Shown here: piece by piece, positions 22,503-31,801 of the stretch
How positions within the stretch are numbered: the first letter of the stretch is position 1
Layout of the letters: the number at the start of each line of letters is the position of its first letter
Source of the DNA: an uncultured Solirubrobacterales bacterium
GTDB taxonomy: Bacteria; Actinomycetota; Thermoleophilia; Solirubrobacterales; Solirubrobacteraceae
Length of the DNA stretch: 64,000 nucleotides
Reading direction: 5' to 3'
NCBI GenBank assembly: GCA_963830975.1
Contig: CAWHOI010000004.1
Location: forward strand, 532,924 to 596,923
Notes under the pieces: generated by a model
Databases searched by the model: none
Told to the model about the DNA's origin: nothing
Seen by the model: the letters and a program-made list of their open reading frames with translations, nothing else
Program-made: the position numbers and the translations under genes

Positions 22503-23179
22503 GCGGCGTCCTCGTAGCCGCGGAAGCGGCCGGTGCGCGACTCTGCGAGGTCGAGCCGCGCGAGCGAGCGCAGGAAGGCGTGCGTGATGCGCACGTGGAT
22601 CGCCGATTGCGTCGCGGCATACAGCCGCGGGCTGAGCGCATTGGCGATTGCGGGGTAGAAGCTCAGGACAGCCACCTCGACGTGAATCGCCTGGTGGCCG
22701 TCGTGTTCGTCCGCGAGCCGGCGCACGTCGATCTGCAGGAACCCGCCGCGGCGGTCCTGGCGGTGTGAGACCAGCGCTCCGCCGCGAATCTGCCAGCGCA
22801 CCACGCCGCGGTCGCCGGTCAGCTCGTAGCTGGGCGGGTCGAACGCGATCAGTACGAACGGCCGGCACAGCAGCACGACGGCGCGGCCGTCCTCGCTGTA
22901 GGCCACGCGGATCAGCCCGAGCGAGAGCCGCTCGAGAAACCGCCAGTAGGTTCGCGCCAACCGCTCGAGTGAGGCCGGCGACCACAGCGCGATGAGCGCC
23001 GCCTCGGGCATCCGCAGCTCGGCGGCCTGGATCGAGCGAGCGGCGCCGTCCGCGTCGAGCGTCGGCGCGCCCTCCGGATCGACGAGCGCCACCTCGGCCG
23101 GAAGCTGGGAGCGCCGACGCGCGATCACGGCCCAGGAAGCCGCGAGCAACGCGACCAGCGGCACGATCAGCAGCCACAT
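22496..23179 (-). CDS. hypothetical protein with an N-terminal TM anchor
   Basis: 227 aa, N-terminus MWLLIVPLVALLAASWAV. The frame looks coding. I recognise no domain. Confidence 0.5.
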   Translation of the reverse strand: MWLLIVPLVALLAASWAVIARRRSQLPAEVALVDPEGAPTLDADGAARSIQAAELRMPEAALIALWSPASLERLARTYWRFLERLSLGLIRVAYSEDGRAVVLLCRPFVLIAFDPPSYELTGDRGVVRWQIRGGALVSHRQDRRGGFLQIDVRRLADEHDGHQAIHVEVAVLSFYPAIANALSPRLYAATQSAIHVRITHAFLRSLARLDLAESRTGRFRGYEDAAQ

Positions 23180-23290
23180 CGCTCGCGGATGCTCTCAGCT
23201 GGCGGGCGGCGCTGCGTTGCCCCGATGCGGCCGTGCGGCCGCGTGACACGTGGTCTCGCGCTTGCTCACCCGGGCGCCGACGCTGGGCGT

Positions 23291-24133
23291 TCAGGCGCTC
23301 GGCGCGGTGGCGCCGCCGGCGATCGAGGCGCCTGCGGATCCACTGGCTCCCGTGGTGGCGGCCGGACTGCCGGCGGCGGGGAGCGGGGCGGTGGGCGCGA
23401 ACCAGTTCGTCGGCGCGATCGGCGGGCCGGGCAGAGCGAGCATCCCGACCGTCGAGGTCTGGGTCATGCCAAGCTCCAGCGCGGCTGCGTGAGTGAGGTC
23501 GATCGTCGCGCCGTTGCTCGCGTAGGGGCCACGGTCGATCACCGGCATCGTCAGCATCTCGCCGTTGTAGCTCACAGAGACGGGTGTGCCGCACGGGAGC
23601 GTGCGGTCGGCGAGCCCGACGATCTGCTTGGTCAGCAGCTCGCCGCAGGCGGTGTGGTTGCCGTACAGGCCCGGTCCGTACCAGGTCGCGATCACGCGCG
23701 CATAGACGGCCAGCGTCACCTCCGGTGTGGCGGTCACCGAGCTCGCGGAGGCGATGTCGGAGCCCAGGACGCGCAGCGTGAGCTCGCCTGTCCGGCTTGC
23801 CCGCCAGCTGATCGCGAAACTCCCGTCGGCTGCGGCGGTGGCGCTCGCAACGCTGACCCAGGCGTTCGCTCCGGCCCGGACCTGCAGCGAAACCGCGTGT
23901 CCGCCGTCCACGGCCGGCACGGAGCCCCTGATCACGGCTACCTGCCGCTGCAGGAGGGTCGACGGAGTGACAGTCAGCGCTCCGCCGACTGCGGTCGGCG
24001 ACGGCGTCGCGGTGGTCGGGCCGGCCGGGGCGGCGGTGCCGCCGTCGTTGCCGGCGCTGGCTACCGCGGGCAGAGCGAGAAGGCCGGCACAGAGGCCGGG
24101 AATTGCCAATCCGATTGCTGTACGCGCGCGCAC
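23291..24133 (-). CDS. secreted RlpA-like double-psi beta-barrel (DPBB) protein
   Basis: Signal peptide MRARTAIGLAIPGLCAGLLALPAVASA. ATWYGPGLYGNHTACGE..PCGT..VIDRGP is the RlpA/DPBB core. A Gly/Ala/Pro-rich tail follows. Confidence 0.75.
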   Translation of the reverse strand: MRARTAIGLAIPGLCAGLLALPAVASAGNDGGTAAPAGPTTATPSPTAVGGALTVTPSTLLQRQVAVIRGSVPAVDGGHAVSLQVRAGANAWVSVASATAAADGSFAISWRASRTGELTLRVLGSDIASASSVTATPEVTLAVYARVIATWYGPGLYGNHTACGELLTKQIVGLADRTLPCGTPVSVSYNGEMLTMPVIDRGPYASNGATIDLTHAAALELGMTQTSTVGMLALPGPPIAPTNWFAPTAPLPAAGSPAATTGASGSAGASIAGGATAPSA

Positions 24134-24159
24134 GATGTGCTCACTGCCCGGGTACCGTG

Positions 24160-24290
24160 GCCTACGGGGTGAGCTGTCGGGCTCGCGCGAGTCGCGCTAC
24201 GGCCGTGATCCGGCCGATTCGCCCCACGGAGATGGTCTCCGCATTGGTTCCCCCGCCCACCCTGCGCGGACGCAGCGTGGTTCGGCGTGG
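24160..24290 (-). promoter_or_regulatory. c-di-AMP riboswitch (ydaO/kimA class, Rfam RF00379-like) in the leader of the RlpA-like gene
   Basis: The minus strand reads ..GCCGAACC..GGGCGGGGGAACCAAUGC-GGAGAccaUCUCC-GUGGGGCGAAUC-GGCCGgaucaCGGCC-..GAGCCCGACAGCUCACCCCGUAGGCC. This matches, from memory, the conserved ydaO blocks CGGGGGAnCCA, GGGGyGAAUC and CCCGACAGCUnACCnCGUAnGC. It ends 26 nt before the GTG start. Confidence 0.65.
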
Positions 24291-24297
24291 TGGCGCG

Positions 24298-24326
24298 AGT
24301 ATACGCGCACCATCCGGGCCGTGCAA
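24298..24326 (-). promoter_or_regulatory. sigma-70-type promoter for the riboswitch/RlpA-like transcript
   Basis: On the minus strand: TTGCAC (24326-24321), a 17-nt spacer, then TATACT (24303-24298). The predicted TSS falls just at the 5' edge of the riboswitch. Confidence 0.55.
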
Positions 24327-24464
24327 AAGCATTTCCGCGCTGCGGCAACTGATCCATTCGACGGCCTGCGGCGTTATTCCTGCATTCGCATGGAAACGCG
24401 AAACCTTCCCGTGCGTTATGCGTATTAGAGGTGACGAGAAGCCCAGCCGTGGCCGGGCGTCACG

Positions 24465-24493
24465 TTGACTACATAAAGTAAAGCGCGTAGAAT
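24465..24493 (+). promoter_or_regulatory. sigma-70-type promoter of the primary sigma factor gene
   Basis: TTGACT (24465-24470), a 17-nt spacer, then TAGAAT (24488-24493), in the locally AT-richer part of a 490-bp intergenic region. This implies a ~125-nt leader. Confidence 0.6.
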
Positions 24494-24623
24494 CCCGATC
24501 GACGTTTGAGCTGCAAGCTGTGCGGGGACCCCCGCCCCAGAGCGCTCGAGCGGCTCTCTCGGCAATCGCAGGCGACCGGCCCCCCGCGGCGCTCGCTCGT
24601 CTGCGCGACGGAAACGGAACCAC

Positions 24624-25727
<1,104 letters not shown>

Positions 25728-25860
25728 GCGCAGCCCAGAAAGACCGCCTGGCGGAGCCGACACGGGGCCCATGGACGGGCCCTGGACCGATCTGGACGGG
25801 GGGACCAACCGTCCACGCGCTCAACCTTTGCGCCGAGACAGCCGATTCTTGACCAGGCTC

Positions 25861-27006
25861 GTGATCGACATCGACCAGGCACTCTGCGCGCTCGTCGCGT
25901 GTGACGGATCAGACCTGCACCTCAAGGTGGGTTCGGTGCCGCTTGCCCGCGTCGATGGTGAGCTCGGTCCGCTGAGCCACGACGAGTGGCCCGTGCTCGA
26001 GGCCGCCGACACCGAGGCTGCGCTCCACCAGCTCGTGGGCAACAGCGTTCGCATGGCCGAGTTCGACGTGGAGAACGAGATCGACCTCTCGCACGACATC
26101 CCCGGGGTCGCGCGCTTCCGCATCAACGCCTTCCGTCAGCGCGGCGGCGTGTCGCTGGTCGCGCGCGCCATCCCGCACCGCATCCGCACGATCGAGGAGC
26201 TGGCGCTGCCCTCCGTGATCGCGAGCCTTGCCGACGAACAGCGCGGGATCGTGCTCGTGACCGGCACCACCGGCTCGGGCAAGTCGACGACACTGGCGGC
26301 GATGATCCACCACATCAACGTCACGCGCGCCTCGCACATCGTGACGATCGAGGATCCGATCGAGTTCGTGCACCGCGACCTGCGCTCGGTGATCAGCCAG
26401 CGCGAGGTCGGCGTCGACACCGCCTCGTTCAAGCGCGCGCTGCGTCGCGTGCTGCGCCAGGACCCGGATGTGATCCTGATCGGTGAGATGCGCGACGAGG
26501 AGACCGTCGCGACGGCGATCTCCGCCGCCGAGACGGGCCACCTCGTGCTCTCGACGATCCACACGATCGACGCTCCCGAGTCGATCAACCGGATGCTCGA
26601 CTTCTTCCCCCCGCACCAGCACGGCCAGGTCCGCTCGATGCTCGCCGGCACGCTGCGCGGCGTGATCTCGCAGCGGCTCGTTCCCGCCGCAGAGGGCGGG
26701 CGCGTCGCGGTCTGCGAGGTGCTGCGAATGACCGGGCGCGCGCGCGACATGATCCTCGACCCGGCCCAGACCGGGGCCCTGACTGCCGTCGTCGCAGAGG
26801 GCGGCTACTACGGCATGCAGACCTTCGACCAGGCGCTGTACGCGCACGTTGTCGCCGGGCGCGTGACCGTCGAGGACGCCGTCATGGTCGCCTCGAGCCC
26901 GCACGACTTCAAGCTGCTGCTCGATTCAGAGGGGCGGCGCGGAACCACGATGGCCGACGTCCCGACGGACGCCTCGCCGCCCTCGCCGCTCACCCTCGTC
27001 AGCTGA
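25861..27006 (+). CDS. pilT: type IV pilus retraction ATPase PilT-like
   Basis: GASDLHL-like N-terminus (DGSDLHLKVG), Walker A GTTGSGKST, IEDPIEF, ILIGEMRD and GHLVLSTIHT. The GTG at 25861 aligns best with PilT N-termini. The track start at 25771 and the TTG at 25849 remain possible. Confidence 0.8.
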   Translation: MIDIDQALCALVACDGSDLHLKVGSVPLARVDGELGPLSHDEWPVLEAADTEAALHQLVGNSVRMAEFDVENEIDLSHDIPGVARFRINAFRQRGGVSLVARAIPHRIRTIEELALPSVIASLADEQRGIVLVTGTTGSGKSTTLAAMIHHINVTRASHIVTIEDPIEFVHRDLRSVISQREVGVDTASFKRALRRVLRQDPDVILIGEMRDEETVATAISAAETGHLVLSTIHTIDAPESINRMLDFFPPHQHGQVRSMLAGTLRGVISQRLVPAAEGGRVAVCEVLRMTGRARDMILDPAQTGALTAVVAEGGYYGMQTFDQALYAHVVAGRVTVEDAVMVASSPHDFKLLLDSEGRRGTTMADVPTDASPPSPLTLVS

Positions 27007-27125
27007 CCGCGCCGCGTGCGGTCCAGGTCGGCGCAGCCGCCCGCCGGCTCGGGCGCCCGCAACGATTCACCTCGCGTGATTCCCGGATGAACTCCGGTGC
27101 TTCAGTTGGTAAAGTTTTGGGTGCG

Positions 27126-27479
27126 ATGGCATCCGATGACACCTGCCCCGTCTGTCACACGACCGAACTGGTCGGCGGGAAGTGGACGCTGCTGCTGGTG
27201 CGCGACCTCGCCGCCGGCCGCAGCCGCTTCTGCGAGCTCGAGCGGTCGCTGAGCGGGATCAGCCCGCGAACCCTGTCGCTGCGGCTGCGGGCGCTCGAGG
27301 AGGACGGCATCGTCGAGCGGCACACCTACCCCGAAGTGCCGCCGCGGGTCGAGTACTCGCTGACGCAGAAGGGCCTGGACCTGCTGCCGATCATCGACTG
27401 CATGCGCGAGTACGGCCGTCGCTGGCTGTGCGAAGAGGTTTCGCAGGCCCCGGAGCACCGCACCGCGATCGCCGCCTGA
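27126..27479 (+). CDS. HxlR-family winged-helix transcriptional regulator
   Basis: CPVCHTTELVGGKWTLLLVRDL..FCELERSLSGISPRTLSLRLRALEEDGIV. GC3 drops upstream of the ATG at 27126, so I prefer that start. Confidence 0.85.
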   Translation: MASDDTCPVCHTTELVGGKWTLLLVRDLAAGRSRFCELERSLSGISPRTLSLRLRALEEDGIVERHTYPEVPPRVEYSLTQKGLDLLPIIDCMREYGRRWLCEEVSQAPEHRTAIAA

Positions 27480-27546
27480 GCGCCGCGCGGATGCAACGAG
27501 GGCTGCGCCGTGCAGGACGAACGGCTGCGCGCGCGAATCGCCCCCC

Positions 27547-28950
27547 ATGCAGTCGCGCCAGCTCCACGCCTCGTTGCACGCGTTCGCCGCAGCGGCGGGC
27601 GCGATCCTCGCCGGTGAAGTCGCGGGAGGCGACGAGATCGGCTTCGAGGTCGTGGAGGCGGGCGCGCGCGGCTCGCGGCCCGGGCTCTACTGCTACGAGC
27701 CGCTGACCGGCGAGTTCGTCGAGCGCCACTGGGCGAAGCTGCTGGCGCTGCCGGAGATGCGCGACGCCCAGCTCGCGCTGGCGGCGCTCGACGGCCTCGA
27801 GGACTACCTCGACGCCTACGCGCAGGAGCACCGGGTCGGCGCCCCGATCGAGCAGGACGTGCTGCGCTGCTTCACGCGCCGCGTCTTCACCGGGGCAGGG
27901 GAGAGCTTCGAGCTGCTGGCGGAGCGCTTCGAACCGGCCTACCGCGAGCTGAGGCAGGGGACGACCGACGAGCCCGGCGAGCTCGCTGTCCTGGCGCTCC
28001 TGCGGGGTCTCGGCTGCGAGTCGCAGGAGATCACCCTCGCCGAGGGCATGTTGCTGGCGCCCCTGGCGCGCCTCGACGTGCTGCCGCCCGACCCCTGCTG
28101 GCGCCGCCAGGAGGCGCCCGACGCCGACTCGCGCGCGCCGCGCGCCGGCGCCGAAGCGCGCACCGTGGTCGCGGTCGTCGTGACCGACGGGCCGGGCGCG
28201 ATCGCCGAGGCGGCCGAGCGGCTGCGTGACCTGCAGACCGCGCTGCGGCTCTACGCACCCGGGATCTCGCTCGCACCGCTCGCCTGGATCCGTGCCCCGC
28301 ACGCCGGCTGGCGGCCGTTGCCGATCGCCGGCGCCGGCCGCAGCGACGGACGCGTTCTCGTCAGCGCCGAGCAGGAGGACGAGCTGCGTGCGTTCGCCAA
28401 TCTGATCGCCCGCCGCCGACCGACCGACGGGGAGCTTGCCTGGGCGCTCGAGCGCTTCGAGCTGGCCGGCGAGCGCGGCGACGCGCTCGACGGCCTGACC
28501 GACAACCTGCTCGCGCTGCGGGCGCTGCTCGAGCCCGAGGGACCGCGCAGCGGGCGCCTCGCAGGCCGGATCGCGGCGCTCTGCGCCGAGCCTGCCGAAC
28601 GTCCTGCGGCGACCGAGCGCGTCGCGCACGCGATCTCGCTCGAGCATTCGCTGATCGCCGGGGTCAGCGTCGGTGAGCACGCGCTCGCGCTGGCGGAAGA
28701 GATCGAGAACCATCTGCGGGCGCTGCTGCGAGACTCGATCTGCGGGCATCTGAGCGGCGACCTCGTCGCGCTCGCGGACTCGCTGGTCGTCGAAGACGAC
28801 GCGCCCACGGCGCGACCGGGTGAGCGTCGCCGCGAGGCGCAGTCCAGCGGACCGCACGAGCACGCCGAGCAGGAGGATTGGTTCGACTTCGCCGAGGCGG
28901 ACTACTGCGCCGCCGAGGGCCCGGTGTCGCTGGGCGACCGCGCGAGGTAG
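27547..28950 (+). CDS. hypothetical protein (467 aa, no domain recognised)
   Basis: Consistent G/C third-position bias and an ordinary amino-acid composition. The overlapping minus-strand ORF 27391..28863 is Arg-rich noise. There is no obvious SD. Confidence 0.6.
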   Translation: MQSRQLHASLHAFAAAAGAILAGEVAGGDEIGFEVVEAGARGSRPGLYCYEPLTGEFVERHWAKLLALPEMRDAQLALAALDGLEDYLDAYAQEHRVGAPIEQDVLRCFTRRVFTGAGESFELLAERFEPAYRELRQGTTDEPGELAVLALLRGLGCESQEITLAEGMLLAPLARLDVLPPDPCWRRQEAPDADSRAPRAGAEARTVVAVVVTDGPGAIAEAAERLRDLQTALRLYAPGISLAPLAWIRAPHAGWRPLPIAGAGRSDGRVLVSAEQEDELRAFANLIARRRPTDGELAWALERFELAGERGDALDGLTDNLLALRALLEPEGPRSGRLAGRIAALCAEPAERPAATERVAHAISLEHSLIAGVSVGEHALALAEEIENHLRALLRDSICGHLSGDLVALADSLVVEDDAPTARPGERRREAQSSGPHEHAEQEDWFDFAEADYCAAEGPVSLGDRAR

Positions 28951-29996
28951 CGCCCCACCTGCGCCAGTCCGGCGAGGTCCTCGATCTCACCCGCAAGCTC
29001 GGGGATCAGCACCGGCTCGAGCCCTCCGAACGCCTCGCGCAGCCTTTCGAGCGCCGCCGCGTCAGCCGCGGCCAGCGCTTCCAGCTCACGCCAGCGCTCG
29101 GCCACCAGGCCGGCCAGCCGCGCGCCGAGCAGCGCTTCCAGCTCGGCCGGCTCGGGCGGTGGACTCTCGACCGTGTGGATGCGGTTGATCACGAGCGCCT
29201 CGAGCGAGTGATCGGCGCGGCGCAGCTCGGCGGCGAACGCGATCGCCTCCTCGAGCGCCTCGCGCTTCGGCGAGCTGACCAGGACGAAGGCCGTGTCCGG
29301 ATCGCGCAGCAGCGCCTGCACGGCCGCGGCCCGCGCGGCGAGCGCGTCGACCATGCCGGCGATCGCCGAGAAGAACGCGGTGATCTCGTGCAGCACGCCG
29401 GCACCGGTCAGGCGTCCGAGGACGCCGAGCAGCGGCGCGCTTGCACGACCCGCGGCGCGCGTCGCGAAGCTGCCCTGCGCGAGCAGGATCCGCAGGGCCC
29501 GGCCGTCGAAGAAGCGCGTCAGCCGCGAGGGCGCGTCGAGGAAGTCGAGTGCGTTGCGCGACGGTGGCGTGTCGAGCACGATCGCATCGAACTCACCGCT
29601 CCGATTCAGCTCGTACAGCTTTGCGACGGCACTGAACTCCTGCGATCCGGCGACCGCCCCCGACAGCTCGCGGTAGATCCGGTTCGAGAGTGCGCGGTCG
29701 CGAGCGCGCTCGTTCGGCGCCAGGCTCGCGATCAACTCATCGAGCGTGCGCTTGGGGTCCAGGCGCATCGCCCACAGCTCGCCTGGCCCGGGAACACGCC
29801 GTGCCTCGCCGCTCAGCTCGTCGAAGCCGAGCGCCTGCGCCAGGCGCGGCGCGGGATCGATCGTGACCACGGCGACGCGCTCTCCGCGGGCCGCGCGGGA
29901 GCAGGCGATCGCCGCCGCGACCGTCGTCTTGCCGACGCCGCCCGCGCCGACGCAGATGCACAGGCGTCCGCCGAGCGGATCGGCTTGCGCGTTCAC
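28902..29996 (-). CDS. ArsA/Get3-like P-loop ATPase (second of a pair)
   Basis: VNAQADPLGGRLCICVGAGGVGKTTVAAA..IVLDTPPSRNALDFL. The GTG start overlaps the stop of the upstream paralog (GTGA). Confidence 0.8.
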   Translation of the reverse strand: MNAQADPLGGRLCICVGAGGVGKTTVAAAIACSRAARGERVAVVTIDPAPRLAQALGFDELSGEARRVPGPGELWAMRLDPKRTLDELIASLAPNERARDRALSNRIYRELSGAVAGSQEFSAVAKLYELNRSGEFDAIVLDTPPSRNALDFLDAPSRLTRFFDGRALRILLAQGSFATRAAGRASAPLLGVLGRLTGAGVLHEITAFFSAIAGMVDALAARAAAVQALLRDPDTAFVLVSSPKREALEEAIAFAAELRRADHSLEALVINRIHTVESPPPEPAELEALLGARLAGLVAERWRELEALAAADAAALERLREAFGGLEPVLIPELAGEIEDLAGLAQVGRYLARSPSDTGPSAAQ

Positions 29997-30946
29997 GCCG
30001 CCACCGCCAGGTGATCCGCGAGAAGCTCGAGCTCGGGCACGGCGATCTGCGCCGCGGCGATCAGCGGCAGCTCGAGCGGCGCATCGATGCGCGCAAGCTG
30101 ATCGCGCTGGGCGTGCGCCCGTGCCTCCGACGCAAGCGCGGCCGCGAGGGCGTGACGGGTCGCCGCGGAGAGCTGCGGCTGGGCCTGGGCCTCGCGCAGC
30201 GCGACGAGGTCGCTCGCCGAGAAGCGCTCGGTGGTCACGCCGTTGACGAGCTCGGCGTCGAGCACTCCCCCCAGCGCGGCGCGCAGCGCGAGCAGCTCGT
30301 CGACGGCGGCGCGCTCGGGCGTCGCCACGGCGACCATCGCGGTCAGGCTGCGGTCGCGAAGCATCGTCGCGATCCGGCGCCCCTGGCGGGCGATCGGTCC
30401 AACCGCAGCGGCGCTCGCGAACGTGCGCGGCGCCTCCAGCAGCGCGAGGCCATGTCCGGTCGCCGGCGCGTCCACGACGACGACGTCGTAGGGATCTGCG
30501 TGGCGCGTGCGGCGCCGCGGCTGCGCCAGCTCCCAGATCTTTCCGATCGTCAGCATCTCGCGAAGTCCCGGCGTCGCCGCCGCGACGATCCCGAACGTGG
30601 TGCTCGAGCCGAGCACGTCGGCGAACATCCGCAGCGGAAGCTGGTCGTGCAGGTACTCCTCGAGCGCCTGGCGCGGGTCGACGTCTAGCGTCCACAGCCC
30701 CGGCGCCAGCTCGTTCTCGCTGCCGGCCTCGCAGCGGCGCCCGAACAGTCGCGGGACATCGCCGCGCCCGCTCACTTCGACGACCATCGTCCGTCGGCCC
30801 TGGCGCGCCGCGAGCAACCCCAGGGCCGCCGCGAGCGTGGAGCGCCCGACCCCGCCCTTGCCGAGGAGGAACACCAGACGCCGATCCAGCAGCCCGCGGC
30901 CGGCATGCTCGGTTGTGTTCGCGGATCGCCGGGTCGTGGTCCACAA
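29993..30946 (-). CDS. ArsA/Get3-like P-loop ATPase (first of a pair)
   Basis: LVFLLGKGGVGRSTLAAAL..VVVDAPATGHGLALL. The TTG at 30946 is my best guess for the start; the track ORF is over-extended to 32092. Confidence 0.72.
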   Translation of the reverse strand: MWTTTRRSANTTEHAGRGLLDRRLVFLLGKGGVGRSTLAAALGLLAARQGRRTMVVEVSGRGDVPRLFGRRCEAGSENELAPGLWTLDVDPRQALEEYLHDQLPLRMFADVLGSSTTFGIVAAATPGLREMLTIGKIWELAQPRRRTRHADPYDVVVVDAPATGHGLALLEAPRTFASAAAVGPIARQGRRIATMLRDRSLTAMVAVATPERAAVDELLALRAALGGVLDAELVNGVTTERFSASDLVALREAQAQPQLSAATRHALAAALASEARAHAQRDQLARIDAPLELPLIAAAQIAVPELELLADHLAVAA

Positions 30947-31036
30947 CCTAGTCCACCGACGTGCCGCATGAAGGATTCCTCTCAGCGCTTGCGAATAACG
31001 CCGCGTGTGGGTCCGCCCTCGACGCTGGAGCATCCC

Positions 31037-31801
31037 GTGAGCCAGAAGGCCAAAGTGATCGCGTTCGCCAACCAGAAGGGCGGCGTCGCGAAGACGACGA
31101 CGACGTTGAATCTCGCCGCGGCCTTCGCCGAGGAGGGCCACCGCGTGCTCTGCGTGGACATGGACCCGCAGGGCAACCTGACGATGTCGCAGGGAATCGA
31201 CCCGGATTCGCTCGAGCAGTCGATGTACGACGTGCTCGTGCATCACATCTCGATCCGCGAGGTGATCCGCAAGCGCGAGATCGACGTCGCGTGCGCCTCG
31301 ATCGACCTCGCCGGGGCGGAGATCGCGATGGCGCCGATGATCGGCCGCGAGCGCGCGCTGCAGCGGGCATTCGACCCGATCCGCGAGGACTACGACTTCA
31401 TCTGCATCGACACACCGCCGAGCCTCGGCCTGCTGACGATCAACGCGCTGACCGCGGCCGACAAGGTGATCGTCCCCGTGCAGTGCGAGTATCTGTCGAT
31501 GCGCGGTCTCATCCAGCTGCAGAACACGCTCTCCATGATCCGCGAGAACCTCAACCCCAACGTCGACATCGAGGGAATCCTGCCGACGCTGGTGGACTCG
31601 CGCACGATCCACGCGAAGGAGGCGATCGAGATCCTCGAGGAGAACTTCGGGGACCGCGTCTTCGCGTCGCGCATCCGCAAGACCGTGCGCTTCGCCGAGG
31701 CGCCGGTGAAGGGGATGTCTGTGCTCAAGTACGACCCCAAGGGCGTCGCCGCGCAGTCCTACCGAGATCTCGCCCAGGAGGTGCTCCATGGGCGCCGGTA
31801 A
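31037..31801 (+). CDS. ParA/Soj-family (MinD superfamily) ATPase, no parB partner in the window
   Basis: [29 protein letters not shown] (deviant Walker A) ..[22 protein letters not shown] start at 31037. Confidence 0.9.
   Translation: MSQKAKVIAFANQKGGVAKTTTTLNLAAAFAEEGHRVLCVDMDPQGNLTMSQGIDPDSLEQSMYDVLVHHISIREVIRKREIDVACASIDLAGAEIAMAPMIGRERALQRAFDPIREDYDFICIDTPPSLGLLTINALTAADKVIVPVQCEYLSMRGLIQLQNTLSMIRENLNPNVDIEGILPTLVDSRTIHAKEAIEILEENFGDRVFASRIRKTVRFAEAPVKGMSVLKYDPKGVAAQSYRDLAQEVLHGRR

Noticed and set aside
24431-24463. GTGACG...CGTCAC inverted repeat before the sigA -35, also seen at 4480-4497 before cspA, considered as a shared operator
   Set aside because: A 6-mer of this composition is expected dozens of times in 64 kb of GC-rich DNA, and the spacings differ (21 vs 6 nt). 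This is probably coincidence.
24521-24536. GCGGGGACCCCCGC in the sigA leader, which looked like a ydaO-riboswitch core
   Set aside because: It is an isolated hairpin on the plus strand without the other conserved blocks. The complete riboswitch is on the minus strand at 24160-24290.
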